Shown one piece after another: positions 38,270 to 51,551 of a DNA stretch of 64,000 bases. Origin of the DNA: Octopus vulgaris (taxonomy: Eukaryota); the NCBI GenBank assembly GCA_951406725.2, contig OX597817.1, forward strand, positions 174,530,001 to 174,594,000, written 5' to 3'. The notes under the pieces were generated by a model. That model saw only the letters and a list, made by a program, of their open reading frames with translations, was not told where the DNA came from and ran no database searches. A program made the translations under genes and the position numbers. How positions within the stretch are numbered: the first letter of the stretch is position 1; each line of letters begins with the position of its first letter.

Positions 38270-38938
38270 AAGAAGACCTGTTGAGGCAAGTGTGTGACAC
38301 TTGTGAAGACCTGTTGAGGCAAGTGAAAATCAAATCAAAATCAAATCAAATCAAACCAAATCAAAATAGATGAACATCAATGGAATTTGTATCTTTGTGG
38401 TACCAGTACCGGTGGCACACAAGAAAACCATCCGAACGTGGCCGTAGCCAGTACCGCATGGGCACATAACAAACACCATCCGATCGTGGTGGCCCCTACC
38501 TGGGAGTCCACCTGTGCATACCTTCCTTCTTGTGACACTTGTGAAGACCTGTTGAGGCAAGTGAAAATCAACAAATCAACAAATCAACAAATCAAAAAAT
38601 CAAAACAAATGAACATCAATGGAATCTGTATCTCTGTGGTACCAGTACCGGTGGCACACAAGAAAACCATTCGAACGTGGCTGTAGCCAGTACCGCATCG
38701 ACTGGCCTCCGTGCTGTGGGCACATAACAAACGCCATCTGATCGTGGCCGTTCGCCAGCCTCATCTGGCACCTGTCCAAAAACCCGGCAAGACTAGTCAG
38801 GCCATAGCCCGTGGCCCCTTCCTGGGATGTAGTCAGTCCACCTGTGCATACCTTCCTTCTTATGACACTTGTGAAGACCTGTTGAGGCAAGTGCTAATCA
38901 AATCAAATGACACTTGGGAAGACCTGTTGAGGCAAGTG

Positions 38939-38979
<41 letters not shown>

Positions 38980-39875
38980 CATAATCATAATCATAATCAA
39001 ATCCAATCAAAACAATTCAAAATAGATGAACATCAATGGAATTTGTATCTTTGTGGTACCAGTACCGGTGGCACACAAGAAATCCATCCGAACGTGGCCG
39101 TAGCCAGTACCGCATCGACTGGCCTCCGTGCTGTGGGCACGTAACAAACACCATCCGATTGTGGCCGTTCGCCAGCCTCATCTGGCACCTGTGTTGGTGG
39201 CACATAAAAACACCATCCAAAGACCCGGCAAGACTAGTCAGGCCATAACCCGTGGCCCCTACCTGGGACGTAGTCAGTCTACCTGTGCATACCTTCCTTC
39301 TTATGACACTTGTGAAGACCTGTTGAGGCAAGTATGTGACACTTGTGAAGACCTGTTGAGGCAAGTGAAAATCAAACCAAATCAAAATAGATGAACATCA
39401 ATGGAATTTGTATCTTTGTGGTACCAGTGCCGGTGGCACACAAGAAAACCATCCGAACGTGGCCGTAGCCAGTACCGCATCGACTGGCCTCCGTGCTGTG
39501 GGCACGTAACAAACACCATCCGATCGTGGCCGTTCGCCAGCCTCATCTGGCACTTGTGTCGGTGGCACATAAAAACACCATCCGAGCGTGGCCGTCTGCC
39601 AGCCTCGTCTGGCACCTGTGTCGGTGGCACATAAAAAAAAACACCATCCGAGCGTGGCCGTTCGCCAGCCTCGTCTGGCACCTGTGTCGGTGGCAAATAA
39701 AATCACCCACTACACTCTCGGAGTGGTTGGCGTTAGGAAGGGCATCCAGCTGTAGAAACACTGCCAGATCTGACTGGCCTGGTGCAGCCTTCGGGCTCCC
39801 CAGACTCCAGTTGAACCGTCCAACCCATGCTAGCATGGAAAGCGGACGTTAAATGAGGATGATGATGATGATGAT
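38270..39875 (+). mobile_element. Second RTE insertion consisting only of the tandem 3' units and (GAT)n tail
   Basis: Reverse complement of the 17578-19200 type sequence; about four variably deleted units. Confidence 0.92.
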
Positions 39876-40189
39876 ATATAAAAAGACTGAATGTTCTTGG
39901 TTGAACCACCTTTGATAATGGTTAAACCACATTACTCTTTAAGGAGTATATGGCCAGTTTTCTGATTTCTCTGGAGTATATACTTCTCCCTGTAAAGGCT
40001 CATATCTGCTCACTCCATTTCAGAATCATGAAGCCAACCAACCTCTTAACATCAAATGGTCAGCCCCACAAAAGGATAAAAGGTAAAGCTGACCTTAGCA
40101 GTATTTGAACTCAGAACATAAAGAACTAAAAGAAACACCTCTAAGCATTTTGTCCAATGAATTAACAAATCCAGCAGCTCACTGTCTTA

Positions 40190-40745
40190 ATAATCCTTTC
40201 TACTATAGGTACAAGGCCTGAGATTTTGGAGAAAGGGGGCTAGTTGATTAGATCAACCCCAATATACAACTGGTACTGAGGAATTTCAACAGCTACCACA
40301 ACAGCTCCTTTAAAGAATCCAGTTAGCTCAAGACATCATCAGGAGGAACCACATCCAGTTTCAGCCCCTGCTCCTCTACCATTTTGACGTGGCAGGGCCC
40401 CCCACTTTCGGAGGTGTCTTCAGCTCTGGTGTTAAGTGCATGTCTTCTTTCTTCTTCTGTCTTCTGTTCCCTGGCCTCTTCGATGTCGCGTCAACGAGTG
40501 TCAGTGGGCGACTGACCGCCTTGTTAAATTTTTTCCCTTTAAATACCTGCTGCTAGGCTCCAGCAGGCAGCCCTAGCAAGTTGTCATGTGACACTGTCTC
40601 AACTTTAACTGACCAATTTATCGATCCTGAAAGGATGAAAGGCAAAGCTGGCCTTGGTGGAATTTGAACTCAGAAAGTAAAGACAAATGAAATGCCGCTA
40701 AGCATTTTGCCCTGTGTACTAATGATTCTGTCAGCTCACTGCCTT
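40190..40745 (-). mobile_element. Meta-like SINE interrupted by a ~336-bp insert (about 40279-40614)
   Basis: ACTGGTACT|AATTTATCGA junction is contiguous in the copy at 57061-57080. Confidence 0.75.
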
Positions 40746-41096
40746 TACGAATACTGTGATAATAATAACTATTATGATTCCCATCGTCTTCAATGCCAGT
40801 GGCAACAGGCATTGAAGATATGCTTGATACAGCGTTCAGCTACCACAAGCTGTGAGGACTGTGATATGTTACACATTACATTGCAGATGTGTAGTGACTA
40901 CTTTAATGTAAACCACCACATACACACACATATGCAGATATAGATATATAGATAGATATATTCGTCTCTACATCATGCATGAATAGTAACTGCTTTAATA
41001 CCTACGTATATAGATATCTAGACCATAACAGACACATACACACCCATGTATGCACACACACACACAGACACATACATACATACATACATACATACA

Positions 41097-41127
<31 letters not shown>

Positions 41128-41175
41128 GTATATATGTGAGTGTGTGTGTATGTATATATGTATGTATGTATATAA

Positions 41176-41209
<34 letters not shown>

Positions 41210-41809
41210 GTGTGTATGTATGTATATATATATATATATATATATACATAGATAGATAGATAAATGGATACATAGATATATAGACAGACATATCACACTA
41301 CATCATACACATATAGTGACTAGTGTCTACTTACGTTAGTAAACAACAACAAACATATATATATTTACATACACATATACATGTACACACACATACATGT
41401 GTGTGCACACTCACACATAAAGATAGACAGATGCATACATTCTCAGCTGTCAAAAAATATTTTCATAACAAAATATATATATTTCCAATAATGGGTTTAT
41501 CCCCTCAGAAGTAATAAACTAATATAAAATAATATAGTAATATTTGTGTGTGTGTATGTATGTATGTATGTATGTATGTATACACAAACATGCACACATA
41601 CACACACACACAATTGATTATAATTAAGAAAGAAAAACACACACACAAAGCAAAACTATAACAATCAATAGAAAAGATGGTCAAATGTTGTGGGTGTTGA
41701 ATACGGCAGACAATCCAAACAATGTAATGTTCTTAATTTAGGCTGTTTCTAGAACATTCCTGATATGAGAAAATAAATAAAAGAGAAAGATAAATGGGAA
41801 ATACTGAAG

Positions 41810-41834
41810 AAGTAATAACAACAACAACAACAGC

Positions 41835-41876
<42 letters not shown>

Positions 41877-42330
41877 GATCATGATGATAATGCAATGTTG
41901 ACTTGGCAAAGAAAAATTCAATGAGAAAGAAAGAATAAATAAATGAATGGGTAAATGAAACAAAATAAATATAATGGAATGGAAATGTGGGGAAGATGCT
42001 GATGATGAGGAGGAGGATGATAGCGAGCGATGATGATGACAACGATGACAATGATGATGATGATGAGGATGATGATGACGACGACGACGATGATGATGAC
42101 GATGATGATGATCATCATATTTATGATGATGTCGATGACGACGACGACAATGATGGAAATAATGATGTTGATGATGGCAACAATGACAATGATAATGATG
42201 ATGATGTTGATGTTGATGATAAAAGATGATGATGACAATAATGGTGATAACAACACCGCTGCTGCTGCTGCCACTGATGAGGATGATGGGGATGATGATG
42301 CTGATACCTATCCAGCTGATCATCATGGTG
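41810..42330. repeat. (AAC)n(AAT)n and degenerate (GAT)n tracts
   Basis: Read directly. Confidence 0.9.
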
Positions 42331-42485
42331 ATGAACATTTTTTTTTTATCTGATGACTGCAAAAATTAACAGAACAGCTGTGAGAATATATCTGTGAGAA
42401 ATGTCAGGTTATACAACGAATTCAATAATTTTTCTTTTTTTATCTTCTCAAAGTGGAAGTCACCATCTTTGTTATATCACATACA

Positions 42486-42590
42486 TATGAGGTGGTATCA
42501 AAAAGTTCCTGGACTAGTTCTGTTGTGCACCACTAGATGGCAGCACATGGTTTCATGCACAGTGTGCTGAGTGACATTGCTGTGTCCTTT
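42486..42590 (+). mobile_element. Mariner left end
   Basis: TA-TGAGGTGGTATCAAAAAGTTCCTGGACT resembles mariner TIRs. Confidence 0.55.
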
Positions 42591-42594
42591 TTTT

Positions 42595-42800
42595 CTGCCT
42601 TTAACCCTCCAATGAGGAGTATAGGACACTTATAGTTGAATTCCATGTCGCATAATTTTTCGCTGCTGTACTTATATTCTGCCATGAACGTTCCCCTTTC
42701 TCTAGTTCCTTTTGTGATCTATGCCATGAGTTCTTAGGCCTATCTTTCTTTCTACATCCATACAGATTCCACTGTAAGGCACTTTTCGCTACTGTCCCAG
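42595..42800 (-). mobile_element. RTE C-terminal relic
   Basis: AKSALQWNLYGCRKKDRPKNSWHRS. Confidence 0.7.
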
Positions 42801-44045
42801 TTATAAGTTACAGCTACAATATCCTTAACTGGACTCTAAATGAACTAATCAAAATAGACAGGAAAACAAGAAGAATAATGACTGGATTTAGGATGCACTA
42901 CCCAAAATCTGACTTAGAAAGGTTATATATACAACGTATTGAAGGTGGTAGAGGCCTTATATAACTAGAAAACAATTACAAAATAACCACCATAGGGCTA
43001 CAGAAATACCTACTCCAGAAGCAAGGAAAACTAATATAAATAGCCAGAAAACATGAACAAAACAAAAAATGTTTTCAGTCTTTAAGGAAGCTGACAAATG
43101 CAAACAAGAAGTCATACTATCAAACTATGAAGAAAATGAAGAATCAACGAAAGATTTAAAATAACTGAAATCCTGGAACAGTAATTGCTCATGATAAAAC
43201 GATGGCAAGAAAAGCCTTTTCATGGCAAATACTGGGTTAAACTAAACAGAGAAGAAATAGATAAAGCAAAATTCCAACAATGGCTGAAAAGCTCAGGACT
43301 CAAAGCAGAGACAGGGGGATTTTTAATTGCAGCACAACATCAAAGCCTTCTCATTAGAAATTACCAAAAAATAAATATAACAAGTAACTTCAGAATATGT
43401 GGAGATGGACAAGAAGCGATAAATGATATTGTCTCTGGTTACCCAGTCCTGGCTAAGAAGGAATATATTTACAGAACGACTGAGTTGGGACCTATATACA
43501 CTGGAAGTTATGCCAACACTATGGAATAACAACAGAAAAAAGATTGTATAGGCACATACCAGAAAAGGTCACAGAAAACGAGAAAGCAACCATACTCTGG
43601 GATATGCCAATATACAGATACAGAAATTAAGGCCAATAGGCCGGATCTAGTTGTCAGAGATCACCAAGGAAAAAATGCTTTCTAATTGATACATCAATAC
43701 CAACAGATGACAATGTTTCTCTAAAAGAAATGGAGAAACTTTCAAAATACAAAGACCTGGAAATCGAGGTAACTCGAATATGGAGTCTAAAAGCGGAAAC
43801 AATTCCTATCATAATAGGTATGATAAAAAATATTCAGACAAATGCATAACAAAAACACTAGGACTACCAAGTATATATAACATACAGAAAATACCACTAC
43901 AAGGCACTGCCCACATCCTATGTAAAACACTTTCAATACGGTAACAATAAGAGCATCACAACAAACCACAGCACATACCCAAGGCACATAGAGCTGCTCT
44001 CAGTAGCGCAGTGAAAGCACGTGATAAAAATAAGACCACTGAATG
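42797..44045 (+). mobile_element. R4/Dong-clade non-LTR retrotransposon 3' part (RT end, zinc knuckle, restriction-like endonuclease), degraded, followed by (TAA)n
   Basis: IDRKTRRIM..PKSDLERLYIQRIEGGRGL, WQEKPFHGKY, KAETGGFLIAAQ, ANRPDLV, LIDTSIPTDDN..KEMEKLSKYKDL. Confidence 0.9.
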
Positions 44046-44057
44046 CTGCTGCTGCTG

Positions 44058-44090
<33 letters not shown>

Positions 44091-44096
44091 TAATAC

Positions 44097-44146
<50 letters not shown>

Positions 44147-44231
44147 GTAATAATAATGATAATAATAATACAGTTCTATATTTAAGAGATGAGGAATTAT
44201 GTACATTATTTACATTATTTACATTTGACAG

Positions 44232-44312
44232 ATATGAGCATATGGCATAGTGTTTAAGAGTGTGGGCTACTAACCCCAAGATTCCATGTTCGATTCCAAG
44301 CAGTGACCTGAA
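44232..44312 (+). mobile_element. Short tRNA-like retroposon with (AAT)n tail
   Basis: Box A TGGCATAGTGTT, box B GTTCGATTCC; no acceptor stem closure. Confidence 0.55.
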
Positions 44313-44313
44313 C

Positions 44314-44365
<52 letters not shown>

Positions 44366-44384
44366 TTGATAATAATAATAATGA

Positions 44385-44602
44385 TCCTCTCTACCATTGG
44401 CACAATACCTGAATTTTGAGGGGAGAGGCTGGTCGATTATATTGACCTGTTGACCCCAGTGATCAACTGGTACTTATTTTCTTAATCCCAAAAGGATGGA
44501 AGACAAAGTCATCCTCACTGGAATTTAAACTCAGAACGTAAAACCAAAGAGAAATGCTACCAAGCATTTTGTCCAGCATGCTAATGGTTCTGCCAGTTCA
44601 TC
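44385..44602 (-). mobile_element. Meta-like SINE
   Basis: Homologous to 56970-57188. Confidence 0.75.
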
Positions 44603-45061
44603 AATACAGCAACAGGGAAAGAACGAGAGGGGATGGGTGGAAGGCAGAGAAGGAGATAACATGTGGTTAGGTAGGCTGACAGTGGGTGATGCAAATGTAG
44701 TGAATGAGGAGGGGGAATATGGGGAGTATGGTGGTGGAAGGGAGATAATTTGGTGGTTTGGAAGGGTGATCAATGTAAAATATGTGGGGAGAGAACATTA
44801 GAAATGAAAGATTTGTAACAGAGAAATGGTTCCTGGTAACAAGAGGAGGAAGTAGTATCAGGAAAAAATAACTGAAGAATGCAGTTCTGCTCACATTTAA
44901 TTAGAGCAGAAGAATGGTGCAGATAAAGAGAGATGATGTATAAAGGGAATATCTTGAGGAAACTGGGCAAGATGTTTTATACATATGCTCACACACATGT
45001 GCATGTGTGTATGCATATATATATATAGTTATGTTTTTAATATGTATATATATATATATAT

Positions 45062-45580
45062 AATGTGAGGTATACTTGCCATCTCAATATGGCTAACTGG
45101 TAAGGGTGGGTGTTACTGTATCCCCAGGAGAACATCGTCTCCAGCTGGCTTTAGGCACACTTTCTATGCCCTTATGGTATTTGCAAAGGGAGGTCATCCT
45201 TCCCTCGTCAACCTAAGTGATACGCATGGACTGCAGTTTCTAGGTATTGACCTGTCCTCAGCGTACGACAATCACCGGTTTTTGATGAAGGGGGTCCCAA
45301 TGCAAATACTTATATCGTTTTTCCAGTAACTTTTCGTCACTGATCTCGAAAAACTGTATGGAAGCTATAATAAATCTCTAGGTTGACGAGGGAAGGATGA
45401 CCTCCCTTTGCAAATACCATAAGGGCACAGAAAGTGTGCCTAAAGCCAGCTGGAGACGATGTTCTCCTGGGGATACAAGCTACAGTAACACCCACCCTTA
45501 CTGGTTAGCCATATTGAGATGGCAAGTATACTTTACGTTGTCGAGCGGTTACTGTTTACATCTCGTTCAGAGATTTATTA
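45062..45580. repeat. Foldback element with ~155-bp inverted arms inserted in (TA)n
   Basis: 45062-45215 is the reverse complement of 45379-45539 apart from a few mismatches and a 7-bp indel. Confidence 0.9.
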
Positions 45581-45616
45581 TATATATATATATAGTTATG
45601 TATTTAATATGTATGT

Positions 45617-45666
<50 letters not shown>

Positions 45667-47756
45667 TAATATATATAGATGGACAGACAGACAGACAGAT
45701 ATAGTTACCTGTCAAATAAATATTAGTTTTTGTGTCATTAACTCAAAGAAAAAGCACTAGAAAATTATGGAACATAGGATGGGAGTCTTGTGTGACAGGC
45801 TGAGGTATTGCTTAGTGGATGATGGAGAATTCTTTGTGGAGAAATTGTTACTATAAAATATTCTGTTTTCCAGTGGTTGACTGATTTTTTTTTAACTCAT
45901 AATAATCTGTGTTTATTTTTGGAATATATTTTAGATATTGTTGTTTTCTAATTCAAACTGATAAAAATGTTACTTTCTTGCTGTGGGGAATATTTGTTTC
46001 TTAAATACATTATAGAAATTTATTTTAAGCATAAAATTCTATGAAAATAGATTGTAGTTAGTCTGGGATATATATTCATCTCTATAAATACATTTTGGAC
46101 ATGGATTTCTTTTTTTAAATAGATTATGTTAAAATGGAAGGGTACTGATCACTTTGTGGGATGTTTAATCATAGGCTTTTTTCATTGGAAGATGATTTAA
46201 AGCTAATTTGGAAAATAATTTTAAAAGTAATTTTAAAATGTTGTCTATAATAAATTGTTTTAATATAGTAGTGTTGTGTGCATTTTGTATGACAATGTCT
46301 TGTGACCCAAACTGAAGGTCATCTGGTAAGGACTATTTAACATGGCTGCCCTTCCAGTGTTGAGAAGGTTCTTTCCTTTTGGACATGTCTTGCTTGTGGT
46401 GGCAGTTTTATTTGGCTATACTGTTGATTAAAGTCAGCAAATGTAAGGGGCTGTGTGATTACTGATTTACTTTGATAAACACTTTACTGTGGGATTACAT
46501 TAATTGACGTGAATTAGACCTTCTGTCAAGGATATTAAATACAACCAGTTTAGCAATAAATTGATTAGAAGCACATTAAACTGTGACAATTGAAATGTAA
46601 GCATTTTCTACTGTGAAAACCGCTTAAATGTAAGAAGGGCAGTTCTTAGTAGGCTATAAACAATTGATTTGGTGTCCATAGCTGATGAAGCATAGTGATG
46701 GAGAAATGCATGTTCTATGGTCTGATGACATCCTTCATGTCTCAGTGATGTGTTTTTCATACTCATTATTTATAAGGAAAATTTCTCTCCGGAGACAGGC
46801 TTTGCAGTGAAGGTCTTTCCATTTTTGTATGTGAAATACTATTGTGCATACCTGTGGTTTGCAATAATAATTTCTACAATGGTCAAAAGAAAATATTAAG
46901 AGGTAACTTTTTAGGTGTGTGAGTGGGGAAAGAATTATTTTGGTACTAAGGGCTAGGGTTTATCAAATATTTTTCTGAATATTTTTATAAAAACACATTT
47001 TTTAGAAACAACATTGAAGATCTCTAAAAAATTCTTTTAAAATACATTTAAAAAATTCTTAAAATGATTCCTTCTTATGCATGATGCCAATGATCAAAAA
47101 CCTTTGGTAGAAAAGTCTACATGAATTAAACCCCTGTATAAGCAACAATACAAAGACTAAATATATTTGATTCAATTCTTGAAAATGAGACTGTGAAGGT
47201 CTGGAAACCTCAAATATGGATTTAAGAACTCGACTGTTCCAAGCTAACAAGTTAAATGCTAATTGATAGTGAGAGAAGTAGTATTTGTAGCAAAAAAAAC
47301 AAACAATCTTTAGAATATGGAATAAGGTGTTTATTTACCGTGAGAAGACCTCTCATGTGGACTCATGGTGCATAAAAGCACTCATATTTATGTTGCTGAC
47401 AGAGGAGAACTGTGTTATGCAACATCAAGTGATCTGGCAGAGGTCCTCTCAATGTAAATAATGCAGTATTCTGTGTTCTAATACGACATCCATGTTAAGT
47501 TGGATGTAAAAAATGTCTTTTGTAAAAAGCTGATAATATAAAAAATGTAAAATTAATGATAAAACTTGAACATAACCATGTATTCAATACATAAATAAGC
47601 ACATACATACATACATACATACATACAACCCATATATGCATGTATATATACATATATATGTAGGTATGTACATATATGTATATATGCATATATTTATATA
47701 TTATTTATATTATTATATGATTGAATGCCACACATCCTTTTCCAAGTAAGTTTTAT

Positions 47757-47968
47757 CTACATACATACATACATACATACACCCATACATACATACACCC
47801 ATACATACATACACCCATACATACATACATACATACATACATACATACATACATACATACATACATACATACATACATACATACATACATACATACATAC
47901 ATACATACATACATACATACATACATACATACATACATACATACTTACATACATACATATATACATAC
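47757..47968. repeat. (TACA)n microsatellite
   Basis: Read directly. Confidence 0.95.
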
Positions 47969-48966
47969 AAGTCTGTATGTATATACATTAATGTGTTGTA
48001 ATTGTTAGAATTAAAGAATTCATAATTCTTGAAGAATTACTTGAAAATATAGAAAGCTTCTTTACAGCTTATACTTGAATGATATAATGGTATAGAGCAG
48101 GTGAGTGAATATTAGATTTATGTTATAAACTATACAATATATGATGCAATATGTATATGATGTATGTATACTTGATGTTTTTGTAAAAAATGTTTAAGGC
48201 TAAAATATTCTGCCCCATGTGACGTATAATAAAACTTGCTTTTTTTATTTATTTAAACAACACCACTTTTTGTATATAAGTCTATAATGCTAAATCAGAA
48301 AATATGGGAAATGGATGATATAGAATCCACGAAAAAAGAATAAAATATAAATTTCTGGTTGTTGATCACATGATCCCATTAACTTGAGTTTTATTCCCCA
48401 AATGTTTTTCACGGCATGATGAAGCATGTCTGTGTGCAAACAGTATGTGGTATGCTGTAATATATAGTCAATACATGGATGCACCCTGTCAGATCAATTC
48501 CACATTGTTTACATAACAGAATATATATGTATTGAAATATCTAGTCACAACACACCAGGATGGCCTGTTGATAATTATAATTTGTTCTTTGAACTCTTGG
48601 ATTATTTTCTGTCTTATATTTGATATTGGGAAGATTTCCTGGAATATAATAAAGCATTAAACAACCTATGTGGGGTGACTCAATATTTTGTCTGTCTTTA
48701 TTTATTGGCATGCATTTTGCATAACTTCTCAACTGTGTTGTTAAAGACCTCCTTAAAAATATTTATCTCATTGAAATGTCTCTCACATAGGCAAAGTTCT
48801 GCTTGGTTAAGATCAAACCTGATGTGTAGATGATGTATAGTAGTTGTGGTTATAGATGTTGAAGAACATCTTCAAATATATATTTCCCATGATTCAGAAC
48901 AACAGTTATTTCGTGTCAGTTGCCAGAATCATTGGAAATATTGTTGGAAATGTCATTTGGTTCTCA

Positions 48967-49111
48967 CAGTGGTGTAGCTAGAGAATGTGCCACCCAGGTT
49001 GGCCCTAGAATTTGTGCCTTCCTCTATACAGGCTAATATAGAAGGCCCAAAAGTGAGGCCCCCATAAAAGCATTACCTAGGGTGGACTCCATCCTCTAGC
49101 TATGCTACCAG
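48967..49111. mobile_element. Short hAT-like MITE, degraded
   Basis: CAGTGGTGTAGCTAGAG ... CTCTAGCTATGCTACCAG imperfect TIRs; no clear TSD. Confidence 0.45.
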
Positions 49112-50324
49112 TCATACAATGTGGATAGTGGAAGTTCCACTCCAACAATATGTAGAGGATTAATGGCAAGTAAGAGTAATGACATGCTTGGGGAAGCTCA
49201 AGGTTGTTGACTGGGGTCAAATGGTCTGTATAGGAGAACTTTTGGGCCAAGGGCTACTCTAAATAACTCTCAGAAATCTTTAGCATGGCAATGCTACTAA
49301 GGAGCAATACTAGTTCATTATGGAAATTTGTTTCTCTTTAAGTTACACCAATTATTTTCTTGCTGCCTTTGCCTTAAAAGAGATCTGTGTGTATGATTTT
49401 CTGTTGACAATTTTCTTATAATAACGTTTTTGCAATATAGTGGTATGTCTTTCCTTTTTATTATGGCCACTGTTAGGATCCTATCTTTGTTGTTCCTTCG
49501 TATTTTGAAAAAGAATCCATAATCAAATTCTAAAGCAACTTACTTTTCTATAGATTTATCATTATGTTCATAGTGATGGGTGATGAGAGAGACCACGGGT
49601 GATTCAAAGAGCAATGGAGACAGTCATGTCACAATAGTTCACAGAAACCACTTCTGCTTCCACAGCAAGCATTGCTGTTACTATAGCAACCAAAAGCATT
49701 GATGTCACAGTCAAAATAATTTCCTCTACTGTATTGATGTCATGCCAATGACATGCAGATAAGAAAACTTACACTGTTATTTGCAACAACAACAAGAAGT
49801 AGACTGAAAAGAAGATTTTATCTTTTTATACGCACCAAGTCAGTAGATAATGCATTTGCTCTGGGGTAAAGCAAATACTATCAAAAGCACAAGTGCAACA
49901 TAATGCACCCTGGGGTGCTAATATGGCAACTGAGGAGAGTAACACCTGGAAAGTGACTTTTAGCTATAGATGAGCCAAGTACAGAGATCAAACGTTGCAG
50001 TATCTAACTCCAGCATGAATTAAAAGATGTTCTAAGTGTTGACAACAGTTGGAGTTCAAAGTGTAGGTTGCAGACAGTGTTTCAAGTATTGGTTACCATT
50101 TGGTTTGAATATGTAATGAGCACTTGAGGATCATTGAGGATTAAAGAGCAGCTGTGCTTGTGAGAGCAGATGCAAGTGGTCCAATGTTACATTTTGCAGT
50201 AAAACTTATTCCTTCAGAACTTTCTATTACATGCTTGAGATGATGAAATGTGAGTACCTCTCTTTCGCTCTCTGCTGCTGCAATCGACACCTTGACTACT
50301 GTCGTTACATCTGTAGTGGCCGTT

Positions 50325-50526
50325 CAAGAATTTGGACCAGGAGATCTCCATTTCCGGCAACTTCGAGGACTACCTCCCAGTGTTGTCAGGCGTCAACGAA
50401 GAGCCCTCAACTACAACAAGACGACCAAAGTTTTTTTTTTTCCAAGGTCTGGGGTCTCCCACCCCTAAGCCCTAGACTATCACCTAATCACTCTTAACAG
50501 TCTTGTTGCTTACCAACAACAACAAC

Positions 50527-50591
<65 letters not shown>

Positions 50592-50631
50592 CAGCAGCAG
50601 CAGCAGTAGCAGCAGCAGCAGCAGTAGCAGT

Positions 50632-50675
<44 letters not shown>

Positions 50676-50923
50676 CAGCAGCAGCAGCAGTAGCAGCAGC
50701 AGCAGTAGCAACAGCAGCAGCAGCAGCAGCCATCCAAGAATTTGGACCTGGAGATCTCCATTTCCAGCGACTTCGAGAGCCACCTCCCAGTGGTGTCGGG
50801 TGTCAACGAAGAGCCCTCGACTACAACAAGACGACCAAAGTTGTTTTTTTTCCAAGGTCTGGGGTCTCCCGCCCCTAAGCCCTAGACTATCACCTAATCA
50901 CCCTTATCTGTCTTGTTGCTTAA
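50325..50923. repeat. ~188-bp direct duplication flanking a ~220-bp (CAG/TAG)n tract
   Basis: 50325-50512 is similar to 50735-50923; triplet tract at 50514-50730. Confidence 0.92.
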
Positions 50924-51551
50924 TTAAAAACAACATCTGCAGTGGCAAACACAGCAGCGGCAATAGTAGTACAGCAAGCATAACAATGATGACAAAAAAA
51001 AAACAGCTTCTACTACAGACATATGACAAACAGATTCATGTAAAAGAGTCCCTACCAAAAGCGAAAATAAGAAGAAAGATCAACTGACACAACTGGGAAA
51101 CATTTGTCTTACTTGAATGGGAAAGTTGGATACAGAATAAGAGGGAGACAGCAAGGGATAATGGTAGTCGTTTGAAACAGAGAGCAAGAAGCCTAAATAA
51201 TGTCTCAAGAATTTGTATTGATTCAATACGGGATGATGGGTGACTCAAAACCACAGTCAGCAACGTGCCACCCAAAGCTGACAAAACCACAGTGACAGCA
51301 AGGGTGAGGGAGCACAGAGAATGTTAAGATCTGATCCCAACCTCCTGCAGAGCCAATTGGAAATATTAATAGATTTCTAAGTATTGGCTGTTGTCAGATA
51401 TGTATTGGGAGGGAAGAGCACTTGAGGATCGTTCATGTACTCTTGAGTATTTCTGTCAAGGACTATCTGCATCTGAGAAAGCAGGTGCTGGCAGTCCTTG
51501 GCAGCAAGAAACACATCTGTTACATTTGCAAGTAAAATGCAATCCCTTCTA

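Noticed and set aside
41733-42362. Poly-His/Asp/Met ORFs (also 50484-51087 and 55748-56771)
   Set aside because: Trinucleotide microsatellite translations
45715-47060. Possible very old Penelope-like relic with CTGATGA motifs
   Set aside because: No convincing peptide motifs or hammerhead stems could be read
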